Assembly: GCA_965223325.1 (NCBI GenBank)
Contig: CBDCWI010000002.1
Location: 4,192,001 to 4,256,000, forward strand
Reading direction: 5' to 3'
Length of the DNA: 64,000 bases
Origin: Candidatus Multivoradales bacterium
GTDB lineage: Bacteria; Acidobacteriota; Thermoanaerobaculia; Multivoradales; Multivoraceae
The notes below the pieces were generated by a model, which was not told the DNA's origin, made no database searches, and was given only the letters and a program-made list of their open reading frames with translations. Shown here piece by piece: positions 54,891-64,000 of this stretch. Both the position numbers and the translations under genes were made by a program. How positions within the stretch are numbered: position 1 is the first letter of the stretch; each line of letters begins with the position of its first letter.

Positions 54891-56942
54891 ATGACCACGA
54901 CCGAAAGCCGTGAGGTTGGCCGCCAGCGCGTTCCGTCCGCGCTATTTCGCCGCAGCTGCACCCAGAGCGACGAACGCACGCTGCCAGTTCCAGCTCCGGG
55001 TGCGCGGGTTGAGATTCGTGACCAGGAGTGGGTGGTGCGGAAATGCCAGCGCACGTCGCGCGGCGGCCTTGCTCTGCACGTGACCGGGGTCTCAGACGTG
55101 GTCCGCGGTCGCGACTCGGTCTTTCTCGCCGACCTCGTCGATGTCCGGGTCTCGGCCCCCGAAGAAACCAAGCTCGTAGCCGACGACAGTGAAGGTTACC
55201 GGCATTCGCGTCTCTATCTAGAAGGCCTCTTGCGTCGCACCCCTTCGGCAGGTGCACGGTTCAGCATCGGACTCCAGGGCGTCACGCGTTTGGCCGCCAA
55301 CCAGCTGGGGCCGGTCGCGGGCGCGCTGGCGGCGCCGCGCGCGCGCGTTCTGCTGGCCGATGGCGATGGCATTGGACGAACGACCGAAGTTGGCGTTCTG
55401 CTTTCAGAACTCATCAAGCGCGGTCGTGGCGAGCGTCTCCTGGTCGTTGCGCCCGAGTCAAATCTCGCGCAGCTGCAGCGTGAGCTCTGGGCACACTTCA
55501 CGATTCCTCTGGTGCGTCTCGATCCGGTGGGCCCGCTCTCCGATCAACGGGTCATTCCGAGCAGCCAGAACCCGTTCTACTTCTACGATCGTTGTGTCGT
55601 TTCGGTCGACACGCTCGAGCGCGATACGCTCTACCGCCGCTACCTCGAAGACGCGCATTGGGATGTCATCGTCATCGACGAGTGCCGGAACATCGCCGTG
55701 CGTGGTGGCAGCGATGGCGATGGGTGGCGGAGTTCGCGCCTCGGCGAACTACTGGCTGACCGCTCGGATCATTTGATTCTTACCTCGTCGACTCCTCACG
55801 ACGAATGGCACCGGTCTCCCGCCGGTCTCCTCAACCTCCTCGAGCCAACAGCGGTTCCTGACTCCGACAACCTCGAGCGCGAACAGGTCCAATACCTGCT
55901 CGCGGCCTTCGAGGCGGGCGAAGCTGGAGGCGAAGATTTCGCACCGGAGGTTCGTCTTTCACTGTTCCCCGACGCGATTACCTACGCCAGAGCCGCCTTC
56001 GAGCAACTGGAAGAGGCCGATCGAGAGCGCGCCGGCGAAGCCTCGCCGACAGCAGGCAAAGTCGCCTGGCAGGAGCCCAGCCAGGCCTTCGTTCTCTGGC
56101 CTTCAGATGATCTCGAGCGTCGCTACGACTATCTGCCGCCTGAACTCATCGATATCCGCAACCAGGGCGACTCCCAGATCAAGCTCACCACCGACCCTGT
56201 GCGCGCCAAGGAGGCTTTCGCCGCGGCGCGCCAGCATGGAGACGGCTGGCCGGAGTGGGAGTACTTCTGGGATCTGCATCCAGTCGCAGAGTGGTTGGAC
56301 GACCGCGTTCTCGCTCATCTGTCGCGCAACGAAGCGCCCGTTCTGCGGATCGCGTCGGGCCTGGCAGCGGACGAACGCCTCTTCGTTCTACAGGGCACAA
56401 TTGCGAATCAACGCTCTCAGCACGTCCTGGTCGATTGGATGACGGTGTGCCTGAAGGGCCACGCCGAGCAGCGCTCTCGAGCAGATGACGGATCGGCCCG
56501 ACTCGGCGTCACCGGGACTCTCTCCATCGAGACCTTCAGAGAGACGGCCGAACGCCTCGGCCTCGCCTCTTCGCTCGAGAATCCCCGCACGCCGCTCGAG
56601 GCCCTGGAGAAGGAGACCCTCGAAGGGTTGCTGCCCGAAGTGGTCGGCGCGGCCCGTGCCCACATGGACAGCCTGCGCCGGCGCCGCGCCAGCGCCATGC
56701 GCGGTGCGATCACCGAGGCCCTGCGCCGCAATGGCGCCTGGAAGGCTGCACGCCTTGCTGCTCTCGAAGAACGCCGACTAGACCAGGGCGGCGACATGAC
56801 CCGCGCGTTCGAGCGGCGCATTGCCGAAGAGCAAGAAGAGGTCATCCGGCGCTACGGCGAACACGAGCGCTTTCTCGAAGAGTCCATCGAGACCGAGCCG
56901 GAGCCGTATCTGCGGGTCTGTTGCGTGTTGATTGCTGGCTGA
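54891..56942 (+). CDS. Degenerate SNF2-family helicase-like protein (ATPase motifs altered, helicase C-domain absent)
   Basis: APGARVEIRDQEW N-terminus, LLADGDGIGRT, VIDECRN, LTSSTPH, LEPTA, WP...LHPV..W, EPYLR; GGAGGGAG RBS. Confidence 0.8.
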   Translation: MTTTESREVGRQRVPSALFRRSCTQSDERTLPVPAPGARVEIRDQEWVVRKCQRTSRGGLALHVTGVSDVVRGRDSVFLADLVDVRVSAPEETKLVADDSEGYRHSRLYLEGLLRRTPSAGARFSIGLQGVTRLAANQLGPVAGALAAPRARVLLADGDGIGRTTEVGVLLSELIKRGRGERLLVVAPESNLAQLQRELWAHFTIPLVRLDPVGPLSDQRVIPSSQNPFYFYDRCVVSVDTLERDTLYRRYLEDAHWDVIVIDECRNIAVRGGSDGDGWRSSRLGELLADRSDHLILTSSTPHDEWHRSPAGLLNLLEPTAVPDSDNLEREQVQYLLAAFEAGEAGGEDFAPEVRLSLFPDAITYARAAFEQLEEADRERAGEASPTAGKVAWQEPSQAFVLWPSDDLERRYDYLPPELIDIRNQGDSQIKLTTDPVRAKEAFAAARQHGDGWPEWEYFWDLHPVAEWLDDRVLAHLSRNEAPVLRIASGLAADERLFVLQGTIANQRSQHVLVDWMTVCLKGHAEQRSRADDGSARLGVTGTLSIETFRETAERLGLASSLENPRTPLEALEKETLEGLLPEVVGAARAHMDSLRRRRASAMRGAITEALRRNGAWKAARLAALEERRLDQGGDMTRAFERRIAEEQEEVIRRYGEHERFLEESIETEPEPYLRVCCVLIAG

Positions 56943-56945
56943 GCC

Positions 56946-58979
56946 TCAGCCGTTCGGCCGATACCAGATCGGCGAGGTCCACGCCATCTCGTGAATCTCA
57001 CTCGGGTAGGACCCGTCGGTACAAACCGGGGGGCGTTCAGAAGCGTCGATCCGCTGGCAGTCCCAGACACTCCAGCGCACGCTCGGGTTCTCGACCACCC
57101 GTAGGTAGTAGTAGGCGTGCTGGCTGGCGTCGAAATCTTCGTCGCGGTAGACGGTGCACAGCGAATCGTGTCCTGAGCCGGTGCGCTCTCCGGTCACCGG
57201 GTCGACGCTGGCGCCGTTGTCGGGACTGCCGGCAATCGGGATCACCTGGCTGTGGTTGCCGCCGTCCTGGTCGATCCAGCCTTTGATCAGTTGCAGCTGT
57301 TGCAGCGGTGCCGCCGAGTCTCTAGGGTCGCGGGTTGCAAAAGCGATGAAGGTCGGCTTCTCATTGGCTGATCCGCTGCTGGCTGGCAGGTCGCCGCCCA
57401 TTGGAACTCCACCGGCGTAGCCCTGGGCCACCATGTCGGCGCTGGCGCAAAGGTCGTCGGTGTAGTTCCAGCCGGCAAAAAAGCGTGGCCTGATGCGTGG
57501 CCCCGAGGTTCCGAAGACCTCGCGCCGCTTCATTGCATCGAAAATCGCATCGCGTGAGTTTTCAATGGCCCAAACACCGGCCAGCCCGCCCGGGTTGCCG
57601 TCGATCCCACTGGTCAAAAGGCCCGGCTGCAGGCGCTCTTCGGGCGTCGACTCGACCGAAACGTGCCCGCGCCAGTCGTCTTCTGCCACTGCGCCGGGGG
57701 TGGCGGTGTGGGTGTCGGTCGAGGCGATGATGCCGAGCTTGGCGGGATTCAAGCCGGTGTCGATCTCTTCCTCGAGGCCCTCGAGTAAGGACGAACGCAC
57801 GAAGTCCGAGCGCGCCACACAGCCAGCGCCCAACATTCCCTGGCTACCGTTCTCACCCGGCGCACACTCCTCGGTGACTAGCTGCGCCGTCCCCTGGATC
57901 GGCGTGCCGTCGGCTGCGACCTCGGCGACCGCGATGGTTTCAGTGCGCCCGAGCACCCGCACCGCTTCCACGTCGCAAAGCTCGTCCGGTTCGGCAAACA
58001 CCGAAGACAAGCCGTTGATGCACTCCGAAGACCCCTTATGCTGAAAAATCTCGAGAATCGGCTCACGTTCCAGCCGCTTCTCGGCGTAGCCACGACGACT
58101 GTCGAGCGTTAGCGCAAGCCCCCGGTATGGGCCCATGCGACCGTTGGCGAGGTTGGTGTTGTGAGGGATCGTCAGATAGTCGCAGCCCGACTCCACGTCA
58201 CAGACCTTGTCGAGCTCCTGCCACAGCTTTGAATCCACCGGGGCGTCGACGTAGGACACCGGTCGGTCCGGAACCACGTTGTTTCTAAAGATCACATTGC
58301 GGTGGTAGTTCGAAACACCGGGTGTGCCGGTGTATTCGTAGCCCACAAAAGAGGTGAACGTGCACGCCTCGCTACGGTCGTAGGCCTCCTCGGCGGCCTG
58401 GATGATCTTCTGCCAGGGCGCCTTCGCCCATGCGAGACACAGAGCGCCGTCGTCTCCGCACACTTCGGGAATGCGACTTGGCGTCTCAGTCGTGATCACG
58501 GCGCCCAGCATGCGCATGCCCTGACGCTCCGACACACGTGTCTGCTGGCAGAACTCGGTGTCGTAGCGCGGCGACTCCGGGTCACGGCACAAGGGGCGCT
58601 CGCCGAGAAACTCGCCGTGATCGGTCACCGCGACGAAGTCGAGCGGCCGGTCGATCTTGATTGACCCGGTCGGTGTGCCTCTCGCGTCGATTGGAAAGAA
58701 CGGAATCGCTTCGCCTTTGGCAAAACGGTAGGCGTCTTCGGGCGTACCGCCCGTGCTGTTGGCCGCTGCGTCGAACGAGAAACTGGTGTGCACGTGCAGG
58801 TCACCAAACAAGGCCTGCCGAAGCTCCGTCGCGTTCGCACAAGCCGGTCGCTCCTCCGAGCGCGCGACCAGGTCCTCCCCAGAAGCGCTCGATGAAGAGT
58901 CGTTGCCGTCGTCGGGGCTGCTACAGCCCCAGGCCAGAATGGAAACAACCGCGCATGCGAGTGTGAACCTGAACGTCAT
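56946..58979 (-). CDS. DUF3604 family lipoprotein (PHP-like)
   Basis: Lipobox LAWGC, FGDLHVHTSFSFDA, VTDH, GYEY, HRNVIF, IPHN.N, EIFQHKG.SE, STDTH, YYLRV, AWTSPIW. Confidence 0.9.
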   Translation of the reverse strand: MTFRFTLACAVVSILAWGCSSPDDGNDSSSSASGEDLVARSEERPACANATELRQALFGDLHVHTSFSFDAAANSTGGTPEDAYRFAKGEAIPFFPIDARGTPTGSIKIDRPLDFVAVTDHGEFLGERPLCRDPESPRYDTEFCQQTRVSERQGMRMLGAVITTETPSRIPEVCGDDGALCLAWAKAPWQKIIQAAEEAYDRSEACTFTSFVGYEYTGTPGVSNYHRNVIFRNNVVPDRPVSYVDAPVDSKLWQELDKVCDVESGCDYLTIPHNTNLANGRMGPYRGLALTLDSRRGYAEKRLEREPILEIFQHKGSSECINGLSSVFAEPDELCDVEAVRVLGRTETIAVAEVAADGTPIQGTAQLVTEECAPGENGSQGMLGAGCVARSDFVRSSLLEGLEEEIDTGLNPAKLGIIASTDTHTATPGAVAEDDWRGHVSVESTPEERLQPGLLTSGIDGNPGGLAGVWAIENSRDAIFDAMKRREVFGTSGPRIRPRFFAGWNYTDDLCASADMVAQGYAGGVPMGGDLPASSGSANEKPTFIAFATRDPRDSAAPLQQLQLIKGWIDQDGGNHSQVIPIAGSPDNGASVDPVTGERTGSGHDSLCTVYRDEDFDASQHAYYYLRVVENPSVRWSVWDCQRIDASERPPVCTDGSYPSEIHEMAWTSPIWYRPNG

Positions 58980-59105
58980 CGACAATCTCCTCGCCCCAGG
59001 CTTCCGGGTGGGGTTGGGGGCTCTGTTAACTCGAGGGAATCGTCTAAAGGTACTGCACCTGGCTCCCAGGCTTGATGACGTGGCTGCAAACGGCCCTTTC
59101 AGTGG

Positions 59106-59630
59106 TCAAGAAGGTGGTACCTCTTCGTCGCTCGAGTCGCCGCCCTCGGCGGCTTCGCCTTCCCGGTTCGCCCGGTACTGGTCGACCTCATCGAAACGAT
59201 TGGACGAGAATGCATGCACCGCGGCCCCCGCGTTGTCCCAGTCCTCAGGTCGCCCGACCATGAATGCCTGTTTACCCATGCCGCTCGTACCTCTGAAGAC
59301 CTGGACGCCCTCGAGACGGCCATGTTGTGAGTAGGGAATCTCCTTGCGATCGCCTGCTTCGGTGAGGTAGTAGAAGTGGGAGGTGATTCTCTCTGGGTAG
59401 TTCCCTCGGGCGCGGAGGATTCCATCCTCTGGAATCCGATACACGTGGGCGCCGCTCTCGATCTCTACCGGTGGAGCGTCGGGGTTGAGAAACTTGACCA
59501 TGAAGGGGCCTTCGAAGCCTTCGGGGAGGAGGTAGATCTCTTCGCGCCCGCGTTCGCATGCGATGAGGAAAAGCGCGATCGCGGCGCAGAGGATCCACCG
59601 GGTCAGATTCAGGGTGCGTTGCTGTTTCAT
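59106..59630 (-). CDS. Lipoprotein (DUF6843-like)
   Basis: Lipobox FLIAC, EIYLLPEGFEG, VYRIPEDGIL; GAGG RBS. Confidence 0.7.
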   Translation of the reverse strand: MKQQRTLNLTRWILCAAIALFLIACERGREEIYLLPEGFEGPFMVKFLNPDAPPVEIESGAHVYRIPEDGILRARGNYPERITSHFYYLTEAGDRKEIPYSQHGRLEGVQVFRGTSGMGKQAFMVGRPEDWDNAGAAVHAFSSNRFDEVDQYRANREGEAAEGGDSSDEEVPPS

Positions 59631-59824
59631 GATCACCTCAATCATCATCGGTTTCATGGTCTGCCCGCGAGACGAAGAGGCCGTTTTCTTCTAGCGGGAT
59701 GAGCCATCCGAACTCCCCCATTTCGCGATCGGTCGACCCGGGAAGGAATACTGCTGGGCCAAGCTCGCCCGAGACCGGTGTCTCGAAGCTATGCAGGAGG
59801 GGAGAGGGTGGGGTGGACGGTTTC

Positions 59825-61384
59825 TCAGTGGAGCGTCCAGTGGGGCGCTGGCGCGCCACTTTCGAAGTCGTCCTGGGAGATGAGCCCGGAGTCGACGGTG
59901 CGGAAGGTCCAGTGACCTCGCTCATCTCCCGGCTCGACGTCCTGGGTAGTGACGACCTCTTGCTCGTCGCTGGTCACGAGATATCCCCCGGTCCAGCGAT
60001 TGCGTAGGCGAACGGTGTGCTCCACCGCTGTGGGCTCGACGATCCACTGCTCGCTCCACCAGTCGAGCACCAGGTCGAAAACGCGCGCCGGGGCGCCGTC
60101 GTGTTCACCGGACGCGTTGAGGTAGTTGCCACCGCCCCAGGCGCAGCGTAGGCGCTGTCCACCCTGTGGCGCTGGCTCGAGAAACCAGCGCTGACTGAGC
60201 CATTCGGTGACCAACGGCTGCAGGGAGACGGGGGCGTTTACCTCGTCGCGGTTCTGATGGAGATACCTGCCCTGTGCGCGGTTCTCGATGCGCACTTCTC
60301 GCACGTCGGGCGGCACCTCAGTCTCCCCTCGGAAGGCCTCAACCAATCCCCAGTAGGCCGGCTTCTTCTCATACACAGTGGAGAAGGGAAGTGGGTAGTA
60401 GGGAGGGTCGGCGCCGGGTCGGTTGTTGAGCCAGGTGTACTTGTCGCTCAGACCCCAGGTCTGGAAGAGCTCTCCGCGGGTTGGATTGGCGAGAAAAATG
60501 TGGGCGATCTTCTCGTAGGCCAGTCGCTGGTCTTCGAACGCTCCCGGCGAGGAGTCCTTCAACCACACGTCGAGTTCCGTGATGTAGTTCGTAAGGCCCA
60601 GGGCCGAGACTTCCGCCATGCGCTCTCTTAGCTTGAAGCCAGGGTCTCGAAGAACTGTGTCGGGATCCGTGTGCAGCTGCCAGCCGACCCCGTCGATCTC
60701 ACCGCCGAGAGCCCGTACCTCGCGCAGCATGGCGTAGAGCGTCGCCCACTTTGCGGCGTTGCTCTCCATCCCGTAGTCGTTGTAGATCAGAACTGCCTCG
60801 GGCGCGGCGCGTCGCGCTGTCTGGAAGGCGTCGACCAGGAACTGCGCGCTCTGGGCGCGGTTCCAGAAGTTGTCGCGGTAGCCGCCCTGGTCATCGATGG
60901 CTTCGTTCACGACATCCCAGTAGGTGACATCGGCCCCGAATTCTTCGATCACTCGCTCGATGTGGGTGACCATCAACTCGCTAGCATCGAACTCCGCTTC
61001 GCCCTCGAGCACCCAGCTGGGAAGCGTCGAGTCAACGGCCCAGATGAGTGGATGACCGTGAAGCGGCCAGCTGTTCGCGTGCCCCAGTTGGAGAGCGCTC
61101 TGGGCGCGGCTCCAGTCCCAGGTGTCGACGTCGGGCCGTGTGTCCCACCAATACAGTCCCAGGGTGCCGACCGCCATCTGGTCTTCGAGAAGCGCAACGT
61201 TCTCCGGATCATGCAGGTCGAAGAGTGGCGCTCCAAACAGCACTCCGCGGTCGCTGGCCGCCTGGCGGAGTTCCTGTGCGCTTGCCCGATCGGGCGCGAG
61301 AAGACCCAGCAGGACGAGGCCAGCCGCCAGGGCGGAAAGTGAACGCACGGGTCGAACGCACTGCATGCGCCAGGCGCGGGTCAT
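59825..61384 (-). CDS. GH10 glycoside hydrolase (endo-xylanase-like) with C-terminal beta-trefoil carbohydrate-binding module
   Basis: HGHPLIW, WDVVNEA (acid/base), YNDY, IDGVGWQLH, ITELD (nucleophile), SQRW/EQW repeats; start uncertain. Confidence 0.88.
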   Translation of the reverse strand: MTRAWRMQCVRPVRSLSALAAGLVLLGLLAPDRASAQELRQAASDRGVLFGAPLFDLHDPENVALLEDQMAVGTLGLYWWDTRPDVDTWDWSRAQSALQLGHANSWPLHGHPLIWAVDSTLPSWVLEGEAEFDASELMVTHIERVIEEFGADVTYWDVVNEAIDDQGGYRDNFWNRAQSAQFLVDAFQTARRAAPEAVLIYNDYGMESNAAKWATLYAMLREVRALGGEIDGVGWQLHTDPDTVLRDPGFKLRERMAEVSALGLTNYITELDVWLKDSSPGAFEDQRLAYEKIAHIFLANPTRGELFQTWGLSDKYTWLNNRPGADPPYYPLPFSTVYEKKPAYWGLVEAFRGETEVPPDVREVRIENRAQGRYLHQNRDEVNAPVSLQPLVTEWLSQRWFLEPAPQGGQRLRCAWGGGNYLNASGEHDGAPARVFDLVLDWWSEQWIVEPTAVEHTVRLRNRWTGGYLVTSDEQEVVTTQDVEPGDERGHWTFRTVDSGLISQDDFESGAPAPHWTLH

Positions 61385-61507
61385 GCCTCTCCTACAAGAA
61401 GCGAGCCCCCTGGCTTTCGCTAGCTTGCCGAATCTCGAGTGATGATCGTGATACGATTGCATATTCCAATTTATCTTTTAGTGTACCATCTGCGCGAGGA
61501 GAGTCGG

Positions 61508-62782
61508 ATGTTTCGTATTACTACCAGGCCCCTATCCGGGTTCCTGTTCGGACTCATGTTGGCAGGAACAGCGGCTGCACAGGAGCGTCCGCTCCTCGAG
61601 ATTGACGACTTCGTATTCCGCGGTGCGTTCCGCGTGCCCGCCGGTGATTTCGGGGTTTCGTCGCTGAACTACTCAGAGGGACCTCTAGCGCTCTGCCGGG
61701 GAGGATCGTCGTTCTTCATCGTCGGGCATAGCCATCACCAGGCTCTCGCCGAGTTCCCACTTCCGGCGCTCGTCGATTCGTTCGCGCTCGATGATCTGTT
61801 GATGGCCGAAGAGCCTCTACAGGCTTTTGCCTCGGTGCTGGACCACGCGTCAGGGGGTAACCCCGACAACATCGATCGCATTGGTGGTCTCTGGTGTGAA
61901 GAAACCGGCGAGGGTCCAAAGCTCCTCGTCAACGGCTACGAGTACTACGACGCCGACGCCAATGTCACCGACTCCACGCTGCGTGTCGAGAATCCGCTTG
62001 ATCTATCCGGCTCGACGGTGAGCGGGTTCTTCGAGTTCGAAGACCCGGCAGGTCATCTCTCGGGCTGGATCTCGGAGATTCCTCCCGAGTGGCAGACCGC
62101 TCTCGGCGGCAGTCACATCACCGGTCACTCGAGCGGCATCCCGATCAACGGCCGCGCCAGCATCGGGCCTTCGGCGTTCGCCTTCGAGCTCGACGATCTC
62201 CTGGGTGTGACGGACCCGACGACGCCGATCGCCAGTGAAGCGCTCCTCGACTTCGCCCTCGCCGATCCCCTCCACGATGACCTGTCGAACGCGTCGCGGT
62301 CCAACCACCTCTGGACCCATCTTTCGCGCGCGGTCTATGGTTTCATTCCTCCGGGTACCCGCACCTACGTCACCCTCGGACACAGCGGTGGCCACGCTAG
62401 CGGGGTTTGCTACAAGTGTGAGCAGAGCAACGGCGTCGAGTGCGGCGGTTATTGCGCTCCGGACATCAACGACTATTCGCTCTACTACTGGCTATGGGAC
62501 GTAGAGGAGCTGGTTGCCGCAAGGGAAGGTCGCGTTTTACCGTCGGCGCTTCGGCCCTACGACTATGGTCCCTTCCCGGCCGCCTTCGAAACGCACGAGA
62601 TGGGAGGTGGCAGCTGGGACCCCTCCTCCGGGCTGCTCTACCTGACCCTGCAGCGCGCCGACACCGAACAGGGAGAGTACGCGACACCGCCGGTGGTGGT
62701 GGCCTACAGAATCGTCGGTGCGCACACCGATGCGATCTTCTCGGACGACTTCGAGAGCGGCAATGTAGATGTCTGGGGTTGA
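61508..62782 (+). CDS. Secreted hypothetical protein (possibly beta-propeller-like)
   Basis: GAGGAG RBS, signal peptide ..TAAA|QE, GAFRVP, GGGSWDP..GLLYL. Confidence 0.75.
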   Translation: MFRITTRPLSGFLFGLMLAGTAAAQERPLLEIDDFVFRGAFRVPAGDFGVSSLNYSEGPLALCRGGSSFFIVGHSHHQALAEFPLPALVDSFALDDLLMAEEPLQAFASVLDHASGGNPDNIDRIGGLWCEETGEGPKLLVNGYEYYDADANVTDSTLRVENPLDLSGSTVSGFFEFEDPAGHLSGWISEIPPEWQTALGGSHITGHSSGIPINGRASIGPSAFAFELDDLLGVTDPTTPIASEALLDFALADPLHDDLSNASRSNHLWTHLSRAVYGFIPPGTRTYVTLGHSGGHASGVCYKCEQSNGVECGGYCAPDINDYSLYYWLWDVEELVAAREGRVLPSALRPYDYGPFPAAFETHEMGGGSWDPSSGLLYLTLQRADTEQGEYATPPVVVAYRIVGAHTDAIFSDDFESGNVDVWG

Positions 62783-62795
62783 GCCAGTCGGGACC

Positions 62796-64000
62796 GTGCC
62801 CGAGGCGGTCGTGGGCTGGCTTTTGCCAAGGGCTCGCTCTGTGTCTGCCCGGTCAGCGATCCTGACGGCGCTCGTTTCGACGGCACTGCTTCTGGTCTCG
62901 CCGAGGTCAGCTCGGGCCTGGACACCGCCGATCGGTATTCCGCCTCCCGACTTCGGCATCGTGGAAAGCCACCTCGACTATGAGAGCGCGCTCTACGACT
63001 TCGGCGACGGGCCCGAGGCCTACCGCGATGCCGGCAACGGGCCCTACACGCACTTCGTTGACAACTCCGCACCGAACTGCGCCGACGACGTCGACGGTGA
63101 ACCCAGCTACGGCTCACCGGAGGTGCCGCGCTGCACGATTCCCGGTCGCGACGGCGACCCGCTTCCGGCCGGCAGTGTGGTCGAGATCCACGGGGTCTAC
63201 GACTACGCCCACACCAGCCCTCGCGACCTGCATGCTGCGGGCACAGAGGAGCGCCCGGTCTACTTCCGCGGCCCCAACGCCGGTCAAAGGCCACAGATCT
63301 TGCGTGCGATCGCCGTGATCGGCACAAGCTACGCCATCTTCGAGAACCTCGAAATGCGCGACGCCGACGGCGATCTGGCGGGTGGCCCGACCGGCGCTTT
63401 CGCGATTACCGACAAGAACGGGATCGACTTCGATTCCGACCACGTCGTTCTTCGCCACAGCGAGCTTTCTGGGAATCTCACCGATGGCGGCCTGGGCATT
63501 GGTGGCTACGGCGGCGGTTCACAGGTCACCGACGTCGTCATCTACGACAACTTCATTCACGACAACGGCGACGTCGAGGCTGACTTCGACCAGGACGTTC
63601 ACTGCATCGCGGTTGGTGTGGGAGTTGCACGCCTGTGGATCGTTGACAACGAACTGGCCCGCTGCAGTGGCGACGGCGTCCAGATCAACGCCGGCGAGAT
63701 CCAACAGGCGAGCACGCACCATATCTACGTCGGCCGCAACGGGTCTTACAGTCACAAGCAGATCGGCCTGTGGACCAAGCAGGCGGTCGATGTGATTTTC
63801 TCGCAGAACCACATCTACGACCTTCGTCCGAGCGATTCTTCGAGCGGCGCTTGCATTGGTCAACAGTATGGGCCCGAGAATGTCTGGTACATAGCGAACG
63901 TCCTGCACGACTGTGAGTCGGGGATTCGGTTCGAAAGCGACAGCGACCAGGGCTTCGGAACCCGGGCCTACATCGTCGGCAACCTGATTTACGACATCAA
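62796..64000 (+). CDS. Secreted right-handed beta-helix (pectin-lyase-like) protein, 3'-truncated by the window edge
   Basis: Not in the ORF track; open frame with signal peptide ..RSARA|WTPPIGIP.P.FGI, AGTEERPV, DNFIHDNG, GDGVQI, SQNHIYD, GNLIYD. Confidence 0.8.
   Translation, partial: MPEAVVGWLLPRARSVSARSAILTALVSTALLLVSPRSARAWTPPIGIPPPDFGIVESHLDYESALYDFGDGPEAYRDAGNGPYTHFVDNSAPNCADDVDGEPSYGSPEVPRCTIPGRDGDPLPAGSVVEIHGVYDYAHTSPRDLHAAGTEERPVYFRGPNAGQRPQILRAIAVIGTSYAIFENLEMRDADGDLAGGPTGAFAITDKNGIDFDSDHVVLRHSELSGNLTDGGLGIGGYGGGSQVTDVVIYDNFIHDNGDVEADFDQDVHCIAVGVGVARLWIVDNELARCSGDGVQINAGEIQQASTHHIYVGRNGSYSHKQIGLWTKQAVDVIFSQNHIYDLRPSDSSSGACIGQQYGPENVWYIANVLHDCESGIRFESDSDQGFGTRAYIVGNLIYDI

Noticed and set aside
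49250-56942. Prophage or integrative element
   Set aside because: No integrase, att repeats, tRNA or phage genes seen; only a local accumulation of decayed or degenerate genes.
59795-59820. G-rich tract as a G-quadruplex
   Set aside because: Only three runs of three or more G, and unremarkable at this GC content.

Overview
GC-rich bacterial chromosomal window with about 52 CDS and no rRNA, tRNA or CRISPR. Two duplicated ADOP-type ABC permeases, an Oar-like TonB receptor and the C-terminal motif described below suggest Acidobacteriota; this is inference. Content: fatty-acyl/CoA metabolism (SDR, two acyl-CoA ligases, PlsC-like acyltransferase, MaoC, CaiB, OYE), egtD, an NSS transporter, pcnB, an rfbBAC operon that lacks rfbD and continues into DUF4301, a HAL2-like nucleotidase, phosphatases, thrC and several large secreted enzymes (CotH/LTD, M6 protease, GH10, beta-helix). 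Most interesting signals: (1) four unrelated signal-peptide proteins end in the same [ILV][FS]xD[GD][FL]ExG...W tail, a candidate C-terminal sorting or anchoring signal; (2) a BlaI/BlaR1 pair with a tandem palindromic operator, whose sensor is a 14-residue Pro-punctuated repeat with periodic His/Met; (3) a 49-57 kb stretch containing a pseudokinase, a group II intron 3' remnant, a triple-frameshifted nuclease and an intact but catalytically degenerate, internally deleted SNF2 protein; (4) small CTAG-flanked inverted-repeat elements that share the TAG stop codons of host genes. All calls come from reading motifs by eye; no database searches were run.
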